Below, piece by piece: positions 8,885 to 16,171 of a stretch of DNA of 33,309 nt. The notes under the pieces were generated by a model. It was given only the letters and a program-made list of their open reading frames with translations, searched no databases and was not told where the DNA came from. The position numbers and the translations under genes are program-made. How positions within the stretch are numbered: position 1 is the stretch's first letter; every line of letters begins with the position of its first letter. Source of the stretch: Paracoccaceae bacterium (GTDB lineage: Bacteria > Pseudomonadota > Alphaproteobacteria > Rhodobacterales > Rhodobacteraceae); the NCBI GenBank assembly GCA_041546005.1, contig JBFEXG010000001.1, positions 1 through 33,309 on the forward strand. The letters run 5' to 3'.

Positions 8885-9659
8885 GCCCGCTCATCCACAA
8901 GATCGCGGCGCAAGACGCGACGAAAAGCGCGAAATACGCCAACCCGCCACTGTCGCTTTCCAACGCCGGAAAAGCGTAATGCGCCCAGTTGAACGATGCG
9001 TGCATGATCATGACGGCCAAGAGGCTTCCGTTGGTCCGGTTGTAGAGCCAAGTCAACAAAACCGAGAGTAGCACGGTCGATAGCGCGAGCCCCCAAAACG
9101 GCTTTTCATAATAGATGCCGGCGCTCGGAAGTTGAAACAGCGGCAAGTGCCAAATCGCCCAGACCAGACCGACCCCAATCGAGACCACAAGCGGCGAAAA
9201 CCGGCTTTGAGACTGCTCCAACAAGGTTCCTCGCCAACCCGCTTCTTCCTGAAGCGGCCCGCCGAGCAAAAGGATGTAGAGGAAAGCGATCGGCAGAACC
9301 GCTGCGTTTTCAAGTGCTTCCGACGCAGGGCGCGCACCGTCGACCAGACCGGCAACAACCCAAGCGCCGCCAATGACGAGCGGGAGAAGCAAGAACGCGG
9401 CCGCCCAACAGACACCGGCAAAACGCCACTGAACCAACCTCTTCAAGAGCCGCCGAACACCTTGGCCCCCGTCGAACGCAAACGAGGCGACGAGCGCTCC
9501 GATCAACGGCCCCCAAGCTGCAAAGGCGCCGGACACGAGAAACTCTGGCAGGCCGTCTGGCGCTTGCCACGCGCCTGACGAGAACTGGACGGCTGGCCAC
9601 CACTGCCCCCAGGACCAAAGGAATGTCACGATCAAAAATACTGAAATACGTCCCATCAT
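8847..9659 (-). CDS. CPBP-family (CAAX/Abi-type) intramembrane metalloprotease
   Basis: Polytopic. EEAGWRG (EExxxR), WAIWHLP (FxxxH-like) and MHASFNW (HxxxN) are characteristic CPBP motifs. First ATG at 9659 (GAGG 6 nt upstream); the track ORF begins at GTG 9665. Confidence 0.8.
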   Translation of the reverse strand: MMGRISVFLIVTFLWSWGQWWPAVQFSSGAWQAPDGLPEFLVSGAFAAWGPLIGALVASFAFDGGQGVRRLLKRLVQWRFAGVCWAAAFLLLPLVIGGAWVVAGLVDGARPASEALENAAVLPIAFLYILLLGGPLQEEAGWRGTLLEQSQSRFSPLVVSIGVGLVWAIWHLPLFQLPSAGIYYEKPFWGLALSTVLLSVLLTWLYNRTNGSLLAVMIMHASFNWAHYAFPALESDSGGLAYFALFVASCAAILWMSGPSLGKARSGPAT

Positions 9660-9922
9660 ACCCACCCTCGTTACCTACAAACCAACTATTGGCGGCGTCC
9701 CGCGCTATTGCAATGAAATTTGACGAACGGCAGAGTGACGCGCGACACTCAGAGATTGGATCGATGCAGCCTGGAATGACCGGACCCACAGTTTTCGGCG
9801 TGCCTCTCTGTCGGCCAGCGGGGTGGGTCTGTGCATGGCGGAAGATGGCGGTCTGCGCCATGAAAGACAGCAACACTTCGCGTTGAACCGCTTTTCGCTT
9901 TCTTTCCTGCAGGAGTTTCCAG

Positions 9923-10756
9923 ATGACCGACCCGATCAATCCCGCCGACCATGGCGCGCAAATGGCCTTTGATGGCCGCATGTCCTACACCGATTACCTT
10001 GGGCTCGATGCGATCCTGACCGCACAGCATCCGCTGTCAGACGCGCATGACGAGATGCTCTTCATCATCCAGCACCAGACCTCCGAGCTCTGGATGCGGC
10101 TTGCCCTGCACGAACTGTCCGCCGCCCGCGCGGTTCTGATCTCGGGCGATGCGGCCCCTGCTTTCAAGATGCTCGCCCGCGTGTCGCGCATTTTCGAGCA
10201 GCTCAACTCCGCTTGGGATGTGCTGCGGACCATGACCCCTTCGGACTACACCCGTTTCCGCAAATCCCTTGGCCAGTCGTCAGGGTTCCAAAGCTGGCAA
10301 TACCGGCTCATCGAATTCATGCTGGGCAATCGAAACCGCAATATGCTGAAGCCTCACGCGCACCGGCCCGACCTCTTGGCCGCGCTCGAGGCGGAGCTGG
10401 CGAAGCCCTCGCTCTACGATGTGGCGCTGGGGCTTCTCTCCGAAACCTTCCCTTTGCCCGAAGCGGTCCTGAACCGGGATTTCTCCGCCCCCTATGCGCC
10501 GGATCCGGCGGTCGAGGCGGCGTGGGTCGAAGTTTACCGTGCGCCGGAAAAGCACTGGCGCCTCTATGAGCTCGCTGAAAAGCTCGTCGATTTCGAAGAC
10601 TACTTCCGCCGCTGGCGCTTCAATCATGTGACCACGGTCGAGCGCGTTATCGGCTTCAAACGCGGCACCGGCGGCACAGGCGGGGTCGATTACCTCAAGA
10701 AGATGCTCTCGGTCGAACTTTTCCCCGAGCTTTGGCACCTCAGAACAACGCTATAG
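9923..10756 (+). CDS. kynA: Tryptophan 2,3-dioxygenase
   Basis: 277 aa. [56 protein letters not shown]. Typical bacterial TDO. AGGAG 7 nt upstream. Confidence 0.92.
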   Translation: MTDPINPADHGAQMAFDGRMSYTDYLGLDAILTAQHPLSDAHDEMLFIIQHQTSELWMRLALHELSAARAVLISGDAAPAFKMLARVSRIFEQLNSAWDVLRTMTPSDYTRFRKSLGQSSGFQSWQYRLIEFMLGNRNRNMLKPHAHRPDLLAALEAELAKPSLYDVALGLLSETFPLPEAVLNRDFSAPYAPDPAVEAAWVEVYRAPEKHWRLYELAEKLVDFEDYFRRWRFNHVTTVERVIGFKRGTGGTGGVDYLKKMLSVELFPELWHLRTTL

Positions 10757-10776
10757 GCGCCTGAAGTGATCTCTTG

Positions 10777-10828
10777 GCTTGCCTCGCGCGTATCAATGAG
10801 GCCCTCTTAGGGAAAACGCGAGGCAGGC
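10777..10828 (+). promoter_or_regulatory. 12-bp stem (one G.U) with a 28-nt loop between kynA and the 2Fe-2S subunit gene; the 3' arm contains the SD and ends at the start codon
   Basis: Read directly. 10777-10788 GCTTGCCTCGCG pairs with 10817-10828 CGCGAGGCAGGC. The ATG of the next gene is 10829. Confidence 0.45.
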
Positions 10829-11296
10829 ATGAATCGAACTCTCTTGATCAACGGCAAGGTCCATCGGGTGGATCTTCCAGACGAGGTCCCCCTCCTGTGG
10901 GTTCTGCGCGACGAACTGGGCCTGACAGGCACAAAATACGGCTGCGGCGTTGCGGCCTGCGGGGCCTGCACGGTGCATATGAATGGCGAGGCCGTGCGGA
11001 GCTGCCAAGTGGCGCTTGGTGATGTGACCGGCGCGATCGTGACCATCGAAGGCTTGGGCACGCCGGATAATCTGTCACTTCTCCAGGAGGCTTGGGCCGA
11101 CCATCAGGTGGCCCAGTGCGGCTATTGTCAGTCTGGCCAGATCATGCAGGCGGCCGATCTTTTGGCGCGGATTCCTGAGCCGAGCGACGACGAGATCGAC
11201 GAGGCCATGTCGGGCAATCTGTGCCGGTGCGGCACCTATCCCCGCATCCGCGCCGCGATCCACGATGCGGCGGCACGCATCAAAGCGGAGGGCTAG
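10829..11296 (+). CDS. (2Fe-2S)-binding small subunit of an IorA/aldehyde-oxidase-type molybdoenzyme
   Basis: 155 aa. [12 protein letters not shown] and [10 protein letters not shown]...CRCGTY cluster motifs, as in isoquinoline 1-oxidoreductase alpha / membrane aldehyde dehydrogenase small subunits. Confidence 0.9.
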   Translation: MNRTLLINGKVHRVDLPDEVPLLWVLRDELGLTGTKYGCGVAACGACTVHMNGEAVRSCQVALGDVTGAIVTIEGLGTPDNLSLLQEAWADHQVAQCGYCQSGQIMQAADLLARIPEPSDDEIDEAMSGNLCRCGTYPRIRAAIHDAAARIKAEG

Positions 11297-11299
11297 GCT

Positions 11300-13537
11300 A
11301 TGGCTGGACGTATCCGCAAAATTGCCCGTCGCAGTTTCCTTGTGGGCTCCGTGGCCATCGCTGGCGGCGTGGCCTTCGGGGTCTACAAATGGCGGGAGGT
11401 ACCGCCCAATCCGCTTGAGCCTGCGGACGGAGCGATCCCGCTCAATCCATATGTCGTCATCACCCGCGAGGGCGTGACCGTGATCACGCCCAAGGCCGAG
11501 ATGGGCCAAGGGGTGCAATCGACTTGGGCCGCGCTCGCGGCAGAAGAACTGGATGTCGACTGGGAGGATATCACCGTCCTCCACGGTCCTCCCGCTCAGG
11601 CCTATTTCAACACAGCGCTCTTCGGCGAAGCCGTGCCGGGGCTGGCCTATAAGGTCGGGCCGACGGGGGCCTATATCCGCGATCTGGCGGGGGGTGGTGC
11701 CAAGCTTCTGAGCCTACAACTCACCGGCGGATCGACCTCGACCCGCGATGGCTATGAAAAGATGCGTATGGCCGGCGCCACCGCGCGCGAGACGCTCAAG
11801 ATCGTCGCGGCGCGCAGGCTTGGCGTCGGTCTTGGCGAGTTGAGCACCGCCTCGGGCGAAGTCATCGCCCGCGACGGGCGGCGCATTCCCTATGCCGATC
11901 TCGCCGAAGAGGCCGCAAGCATCGAAACGCCTGACGTTGAACTGCGCGATCCCTCGACATGGCGCTATCTCGGCAAAACCATGCCCCGGCTTGATATGGT
12001 TCCCAAGGTGACCGGAACCGCCCAATACGCCATCGACGTGCGTCTGCCAGGCATGAAATTTGCCACGGTGCGGATGAACCCCCGCCGCACAAAGATGCTG
12101 AGCTACGACGCTTCTGCCGCTTTGGCCATGGAAGGCGTCGAGAAGGTGATCGACCTTGGCAGCGGCATCGCCGTTGTCGCCCGCAACACCTGGATTGCCA
12201 TTCAAGCCGCCGAAGCAACCGAGATTGTCTGGGATGAACCTATCTATCCCAAGACAACTGAAGCCCTGAACGCGCTGGCGCTGACGGCCTTTGACCGCCC
12301 CGCCAACAGCTCCCCGCGCGACGAAGGCGATGTGGACAAACCACAAGAGGGCCTCGAGATAACTGCCGAGTATGAGGCGCCGTGGCTTGCTCATACGACG
12401 ATGGAGCCGATGTCCTCGGCGGCCCTCTTCTCAGGTGGCAAGCTAACGATTTGGTCAGGGGCGCAGGCCCCGATCCTCGCCCGCGACCGCGCCGCAGAAG
12501 CCATCGGAATCCCGCCAGAAGACGTAGACCTTATCGTCCCCTTTCTGGGCGGTGGCTATGGCCGCCGGTCTGTTGCCGATTTTACAATCCTTGCCGCCAA
12601 AGTTGCTGCCGCTATGCCCGATGTGCCGGTTTCGGTCACCTGGAGCCGCGAAGAGGATATGCGCAACGATTACTATCGCCCCGCCGCCTGGGGCCGGTTC
12701 CGTGGCGTCGTCCGAGATGGGCAGGCGGTTCTGCTCGACGGCAAGATCGCCTCGACCTCGCTCACCAACGACTCCTCACCGCCCACAGACCCGACCGAAA
12801 AGCAGATGGGCGACCGCGAGCTTGTCGCGGGAGCTTGGGATCAACCCTATGGCATCCCGAATTACCGGATTTCGGGCTTCACCGCCCGCACCGGCGCGCC
12901 GATCGGCTATTGGCGGTCGGTCGGAGCAAGCTACAACGGCTTCTTCTTCGACACCTTCATCGACGAACTGGCCTATGCCGCCCAGCGCGACCCCCTGCAA
13001 TTCCGCCTAGAGATGGCGCGCAAAGAGCATGCGCCATCGGCCGGGGTGATCGAGGCCGTGGCCGAGATGTCGGATTGGGGCGCCCCTCGCCCTGAAGGGA
13101 CCGCCGTTGGCATCGGGTTTACCTACTCTTTCGGCGCCGCAGTCGCGCAGGTCGTTCAGGTCACGCAGCGCGATCGCGGCATCTCGATCGACAAGGTCTG
13201 GATCGCGGCCGATGTCGGGCGGGCGCTCGATCCCGGCAACCTCGAAGCACAGCTCTCGGGTGGCGCGATTTTCGGCCTTTCAGCAGCCGTGATGGAAAAG
13301 ATCACCTTCATGGACGGAATCGCCGAGCAGCAGAACTTTTGGGATTACGACGCCCTGCGGATGCAAACGGCCCCAGCCACCGAGGTCAGGGTTCTGGAGA
13401 CCGCCTACCGGATTTCGGGAATCGGGGAGGTCGGAGTTCCTCCGGCAGCGCCCGCTCTTGGGAATGCCCTCTTCCGCCTGACAGGTCGGCGGGCTCGAAA
13501 GCTGCCTTTCAAGGAAGATTTCAACCTATTGGTATAA
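11300..13537 (+). CDS. Molybdopterin-dependent oxidoreductase large subunit (IorB-like), Tat signal
   Basis: 745 aa. N-terminal [18 protein letters not shown] twin-arginine signal. GQGV..., GGGYGRR and [17 protein letters not shown] motifs of the xanthine-oxidase/IorB family. 3-nt gap after the small subunit. Confidence 0.9.
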   Translation: MAGRIRKIARRSFLVGSVAIAGGVAFGVYKWREVPPNPLEPADGAIPLNPYVVITREGVTVITPKAEMGQGVQSTWAALAAEELDVDWEDITVLHGPPAQAYFNTALFGEAVPGLAYKVGPTGAYIRDLAGGGAKLLSLQLTGGSTSTRDGYEKMRMAGATARETLKIVAARRLGVGLGELSTASGEVIARDGRRIPYADLAEEAASIETPDVELRDPSTWRYLGKTMPRLDMVPKVTGTAQYAIDVRLPGMKFATVRMNPRRTKMLSYDASAALAMEGVEKVIDLGSGIAVVARNTWIAIQAAEATEIVWDEPIYPKTTEALNALALTAFDRPANSSPRDEGDVDKPQEGLEITAEYEAPWLAHTTMEPMSSAALFSGGKLTIWSGAQAPILARDRAAEAIGIPPEDVDLIVPFLGGGYGRRSVADFTILAAKVAAAMPDVPVSVTWSREEDMRNDYYRPAAWGRFRGVVRDGQAVLLDGKIASTSLTNDSSPPTDPTEKQMGDRELVAGAWDQPYGIPNYRISGFTARTGAPIGYWRSVGASYNGFFFDTFIDELAYAAQRDPLQFRLEMARKEHAPSAGVIEAVAEMSDWGAPRPEGTAVGIGFTYSFGAAVAQVVQVTQRDRGISIDKVWIAADVGRALDPGNLEAQLSGGAIFGLSAAVMEKITFMDGIAEQQNFWDYDALRMQTAPATEVRVLETAYRISGIGEVGVPPAAPALGNALFRLTGRRARKLPFKEDFNLLV

Positions 13538-13658
13538 AGCCCACAAAACGCCGCAAAACGCCCGCCAATGGCCCTGTTTGAAACGAAATGACGCCAAACG
13601 CCTTGGGTATTCGTAAACGGATCAATAACGCCCTCAATGTGAGTGCGGGCCAATACGA

Positions 13659-14342
13659 ATGGTGGGAACCAGAATGTTCGAATACTCAAGCGAGCTCTTG
13701 GGCGAGATCAAGGCCAAGGCCGAACCTGTGAGTGACGAGTATTCCTTGAGCAAGATTACGGAATACCAGTCCGATCATGTTATCTGTTTCACGCCTAAGA
13801 CGCTGATCGCAACTCCGCGCGGCGCGCGACCGGTTGAGACCTTGAAAGTTGGCGATCTTGTCATGACGCGGGATCACGGGATGCAACCGATCCGCTGGAT
13901 TCAGTCGCGGAGCGTGTCCGGCATTGGCCAGTTCGCCCCGATCCGCCTCCAGAAAGGCGTCCTGACCGGGATGGAAGACGATCTCGTCGTCTCGCCCCGC
14001 CACCGGGTCTTGCTGCAAGGCTATAGGGCCGAGCTCTTGTTTGGCGAGAGCGAGGTTCTCGTGGCCGCCGAGAACCTTATCGACGGCGACACGGTACGGC
14101 GGGATCGCCAACAGCAGGTCACCTACATCCATATTATGTTCGACCAGCATGAGGTGATCTACGCAAACGGCGCGCCGACGGAGAGTTTCCATCCGACAGA
14201 TCGCTCTCTTGCCGCTGTCGAGCCGCGGGCCCGCGAAGAGCTTTTCGCGATCTTTCCCGATCTAAGGGCCCTTCCGAAAAGCTATGGCAAGACCGCCCGG
14301 CGCTGCCTGCAAGCGCACGAAGCCGAACTGGTCTGGATCTGA
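13659..14342 (+). CDS. Hint (Hedgehog/intein, Hint_2 / bacterial intein-like) domain protein
   Basis: 227 aa. CFTPKTLIATPRGARPVETLKVGDLVMTRDHGMQPIRWI ... YIHIMFDQHEVIYANGAPTESFHP matches the Hint_2 layout common in Rhodobacterales. The putative nucleophile Cys43 (TGT 13785-13787) follows a 42-aa acidic N-terminal segment. Alternative start ATG 13674. Codon third positions are visibly more A/T than in neighbouring genes. Confidence 0.8.
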   Translation: MVGTRMFEYSSELLGEIKAKAEPVSDEYSLSKITEYQSDHVICFTPKTLIATPRGARPVETLKVGDLVMTRDHGMQPIRWIQSRSVSGIGQFAPIRLQKGVLTGMEDDLVVSPRHRVLLQGYRAELLFGESEVLVAAENLIDGDTVRRDRQQQVTYIHIMFDQHEVIYANGAPTESFHPTDRSLAAVEPRAREELFAIFPDLRALPKSYGKTARRCLQAHEAELVWI

Positions 14343-14352
14343 TCCGGCCAGA

Positions 14353-14778
14353 TCACTCGATGCCGTTGGCAGCCTGAAGTGCGCGGACGTATTTCAGGAC
14401 CAGCGCTGTATCGTCATCCGAGATTCCCGGAACCGACGGCATATTTCCGAAGGGCCAATGATGCGCCCTCACCCCCACTTTGGGGGCATAGAGGAACGAA
14501 ATATCGGCGTGGTGGCTTGGCTCATAGATCGTGTGCACGAGAGGCGGGCCATAGCCATCGCGTCCACCGGCGTTTTTGCCATGGCACTCGGCGCAGAAGG
14601 TCATGAACGCAACCTCGCCCTTTTGCTCCTCCGGGCCAAGCTCGGGCACCGCCACATCCACCATCGGAACGCCAAGATCAGTGCCCTCGCCGCCGGCCAA
14701 TTGCTTGGAATAGGCCAAGTAGCCGATCAAACAAGCCGCCAAAAGACCCGCGAGCGAGGCAAAGATGGTTCTGTTCAT
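14353..14778 (-). CDS. Membrane-anchored monoheme c-type cytochrome
   Basis: 141 aa. N-terminal anchor/signal MNRTIFASLAGLLAACLIGYLAY, a single CAECH heme-binding motif, and a distal Met candidate in FGNMP. Confidence 0.8.
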   Translation of the reverse strand: MNRTIFASLAGLLAACLIGYLAYSKQLAGGEGTDLGVPMVDVAVPELGPEEQKGEVAFMTFCAECHGKNAGGRDGYGPPLVHTIYEPSHHADISFLYAPKVGVRAHHWPFGNMPSVPGISDDDTALVLKYVRALQAANGIE

Positions 14779-14803
14779 ACTATTCGAGACCCTGCCGCTC
14801 TTA

Positions 14804-14818
14804 TTAATTCAACTTTAA
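14804..14818. promoter_or_regulatory. TTAA-N7-TTAA motif (CtrA-box consensus) 26 nt upstream of the cytochrome c start codon
   Basis: Read directly: TTAAttcaactTTAA, in the AT-rich 77-nt spacer between the puuD-like stop and the cytochrome c start. Confidence 0.3.
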
Positions 14819-14855
14819 ATTTAGTAAGAATCAATAACCCCAACCGAGAGGTAGT

Positions 14856-15608
14856 TCAACGTTTTGCACGCCATTCTCGTGCGGCTTGCCCAAAAGCCTC
14901 GAACAATGGGCGCGAAACAGGGTCATTGGCCGCGTTCCATTCTGGATGCCACTGGACCGAGAGGCAGAATCCCTTTGCCTCTTCGATATAGATTGCCTCT
15001 GGCGTTCCGTCCGGCGCGGTCCCGTCGATAACCACCCTTCTTCCGGGCCGGCGGATGCCTTGTCCGTGAAGGGTGTTGGTCAAAACCTCGGTCGCCCCAA
15101 AGAGCCGCGCGAAAGGGCCGCCTGGCGTCAGCGTCACCCTATGCCGAAGCGCGAACTTCTCGGCCAACGTGCCATCCGGCGGCATCCGGTGATTGTCGCG
15201 CCCGGGAAGATCGCGAATCTCGGGATCGAGCGATCCGCCCATGGCCACATTGACCTCTTGAAAGCCACGGCAGACCCCGAGGATTGGCTGCCCACGCTCC
15301 ACGCAAGCCCTGACAAGCGGAAGGGTGATCGCATCCCGGTTGCGATCAAAGGTGCCGTGGGCCGGCGTTTCAGCCTCGCCATACTCTTCTGGATGGACAT
15401 TCGGGCGACCGCCGGTCAGCAGAAACCCGTCGCAGGCCTCGAGAAGCTCGGGCACCGACACAATCTCGGGGTCAGCGGGGATCAGCAGCGGCATCGCCCC
15501 CGATACATGGGCAATCGCGCAGGAATTCATCGTTCCGACCGCATGGACCGGATATTCGTCGCCAAGGATGTTGGAATTGCCGATAATGCCAATGACCGGA
15601 CGAGACAT
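14856..15608 (-). CDS. Gamma-glutamyl-gamma-aminobutyrate hydrolase-like class I glutamine amidotransferase (peptidase C26, PuuD-like)
   Basis: 250 aa. GVCRGFQEVNVAMGG (nucleophile Cys) and SVQWHPEW (His of the triad), with PuuD-like overall organisation. Confidence 0.85.
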   Translation of the reverse strand: MSRPVIGIIGNSNILGDEYPVHAVGTMNSCAIAHVSGAMPLLIPADPEIVSVPELLEACDGFLLTGGRPNVHPEEYGEAETPAHGTFDRNRDAITLPLVRACVERGQPILGVCRGFQEVNVAMGGSLDPEIRDLPGRDNHRMPPDGTLAEKFALRHRVTLTPGGPFARLFGATEVLTNTLHGQGIRRPGRRVVIDGTAPDGTPEAIYIEEAKGFCLSVQWHPEWNAANDPVSRPLFEAFGQAAREWRAKR

Positions 15609-15718
15609 AATCCCTCACTCAAATCTTTGAGCAAAGTATATGCTCACAGAACCCCCCTGAAAACAGGGGCGATCTTCGCATCAGCGCACACTCATGTGCA
15701 GCAAAAAACCGAAATCGC

Positions 15719-16147
15719 CTAGTCTTCGCCCGTCAGACCCGCCGCTGCGATCCCTGCGAGGGCGCATTTCACATCGTTGTCGCTCGTGTCGCCTGTGACA
15801 CCGACCGCGCCGATGATCTTGCCCGACTTGTCGCGCACCAGAACGCCACCGGGGACCGGCACGACCTTGCCGTCGTAGACACCGTTCATGGCGGCCATGA
15901 AATAAGCCTGTTGTTCGGCCCGCGCCATTTGGGCGCGCCCGGCAATGCCGAGCATCACCGAGCCATAGGCCTTGCCCTGCGCGATGCCGAAGCGGCCGGG
16001 GGCCGCCCCGTCTTCGCGTTCGAAGGCTTTGACATGGCCGCCGCTGTCGAGAACGACGACGGCAAGCGGCTTCAGCTCCAGCTCGCGCCCCTTGGCGATT
16101 GCCTTGCGGATGATCGTCCGCGCTCTGGTCATCGAAATCTCAGCCAT
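15719..16147 (-). CDS. glcG: GlcG/HbpS-like heme-binding protein (DUF336)
   Basis: 142 aa. ...VVLDSGGH...AFEREDGA...GGVLVRD..GKIIGAVGVTGDTSDNDVKCA. 24 nt downstream of glcB. GGGAGG SD. Confidence 0.85.
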   Translation of the reverse strand: MAEISMTRARTIIRKAIAKGRELELKPLAVVVLDSGGHVKAFEREDGAAPGRFGIAQGKAYGSVMLGIAGRAQMARAEQQAYFMAAMNGVYDGKVVPVPGGVLVRDKSGKIIGAVGVTGDTSDNDVKCALAGIAAAGLTGED

Positions 16148-16171
16148 GTCGTCCTCCCTATGACGCCCTGC

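Noticed and set aside
9666-9922. Small ORF (57 codons from ATG 9713) and a CATGGCG-N15-CGCCATG inverted repeat in the CPBP/kynA spacer
   Set aside because: The ORF has non-native codon usage (low GC3) and no SD. The 7-bp repeat is short and GC-rich, so it was not reported as a feature. It may still contain the kynA promoter.
13538-14872. Mobile-element boundaries around the Hint/cytochrome c islet
   Set aside because: The only flanking similarity I found is an 8-nt inverted match (GCAAAACG at 13553-13560 versus CGTTTTGC at 14860-14867), which is within chance expectation. There is no integrase, transposase, tRNA or longer terminal repeat.
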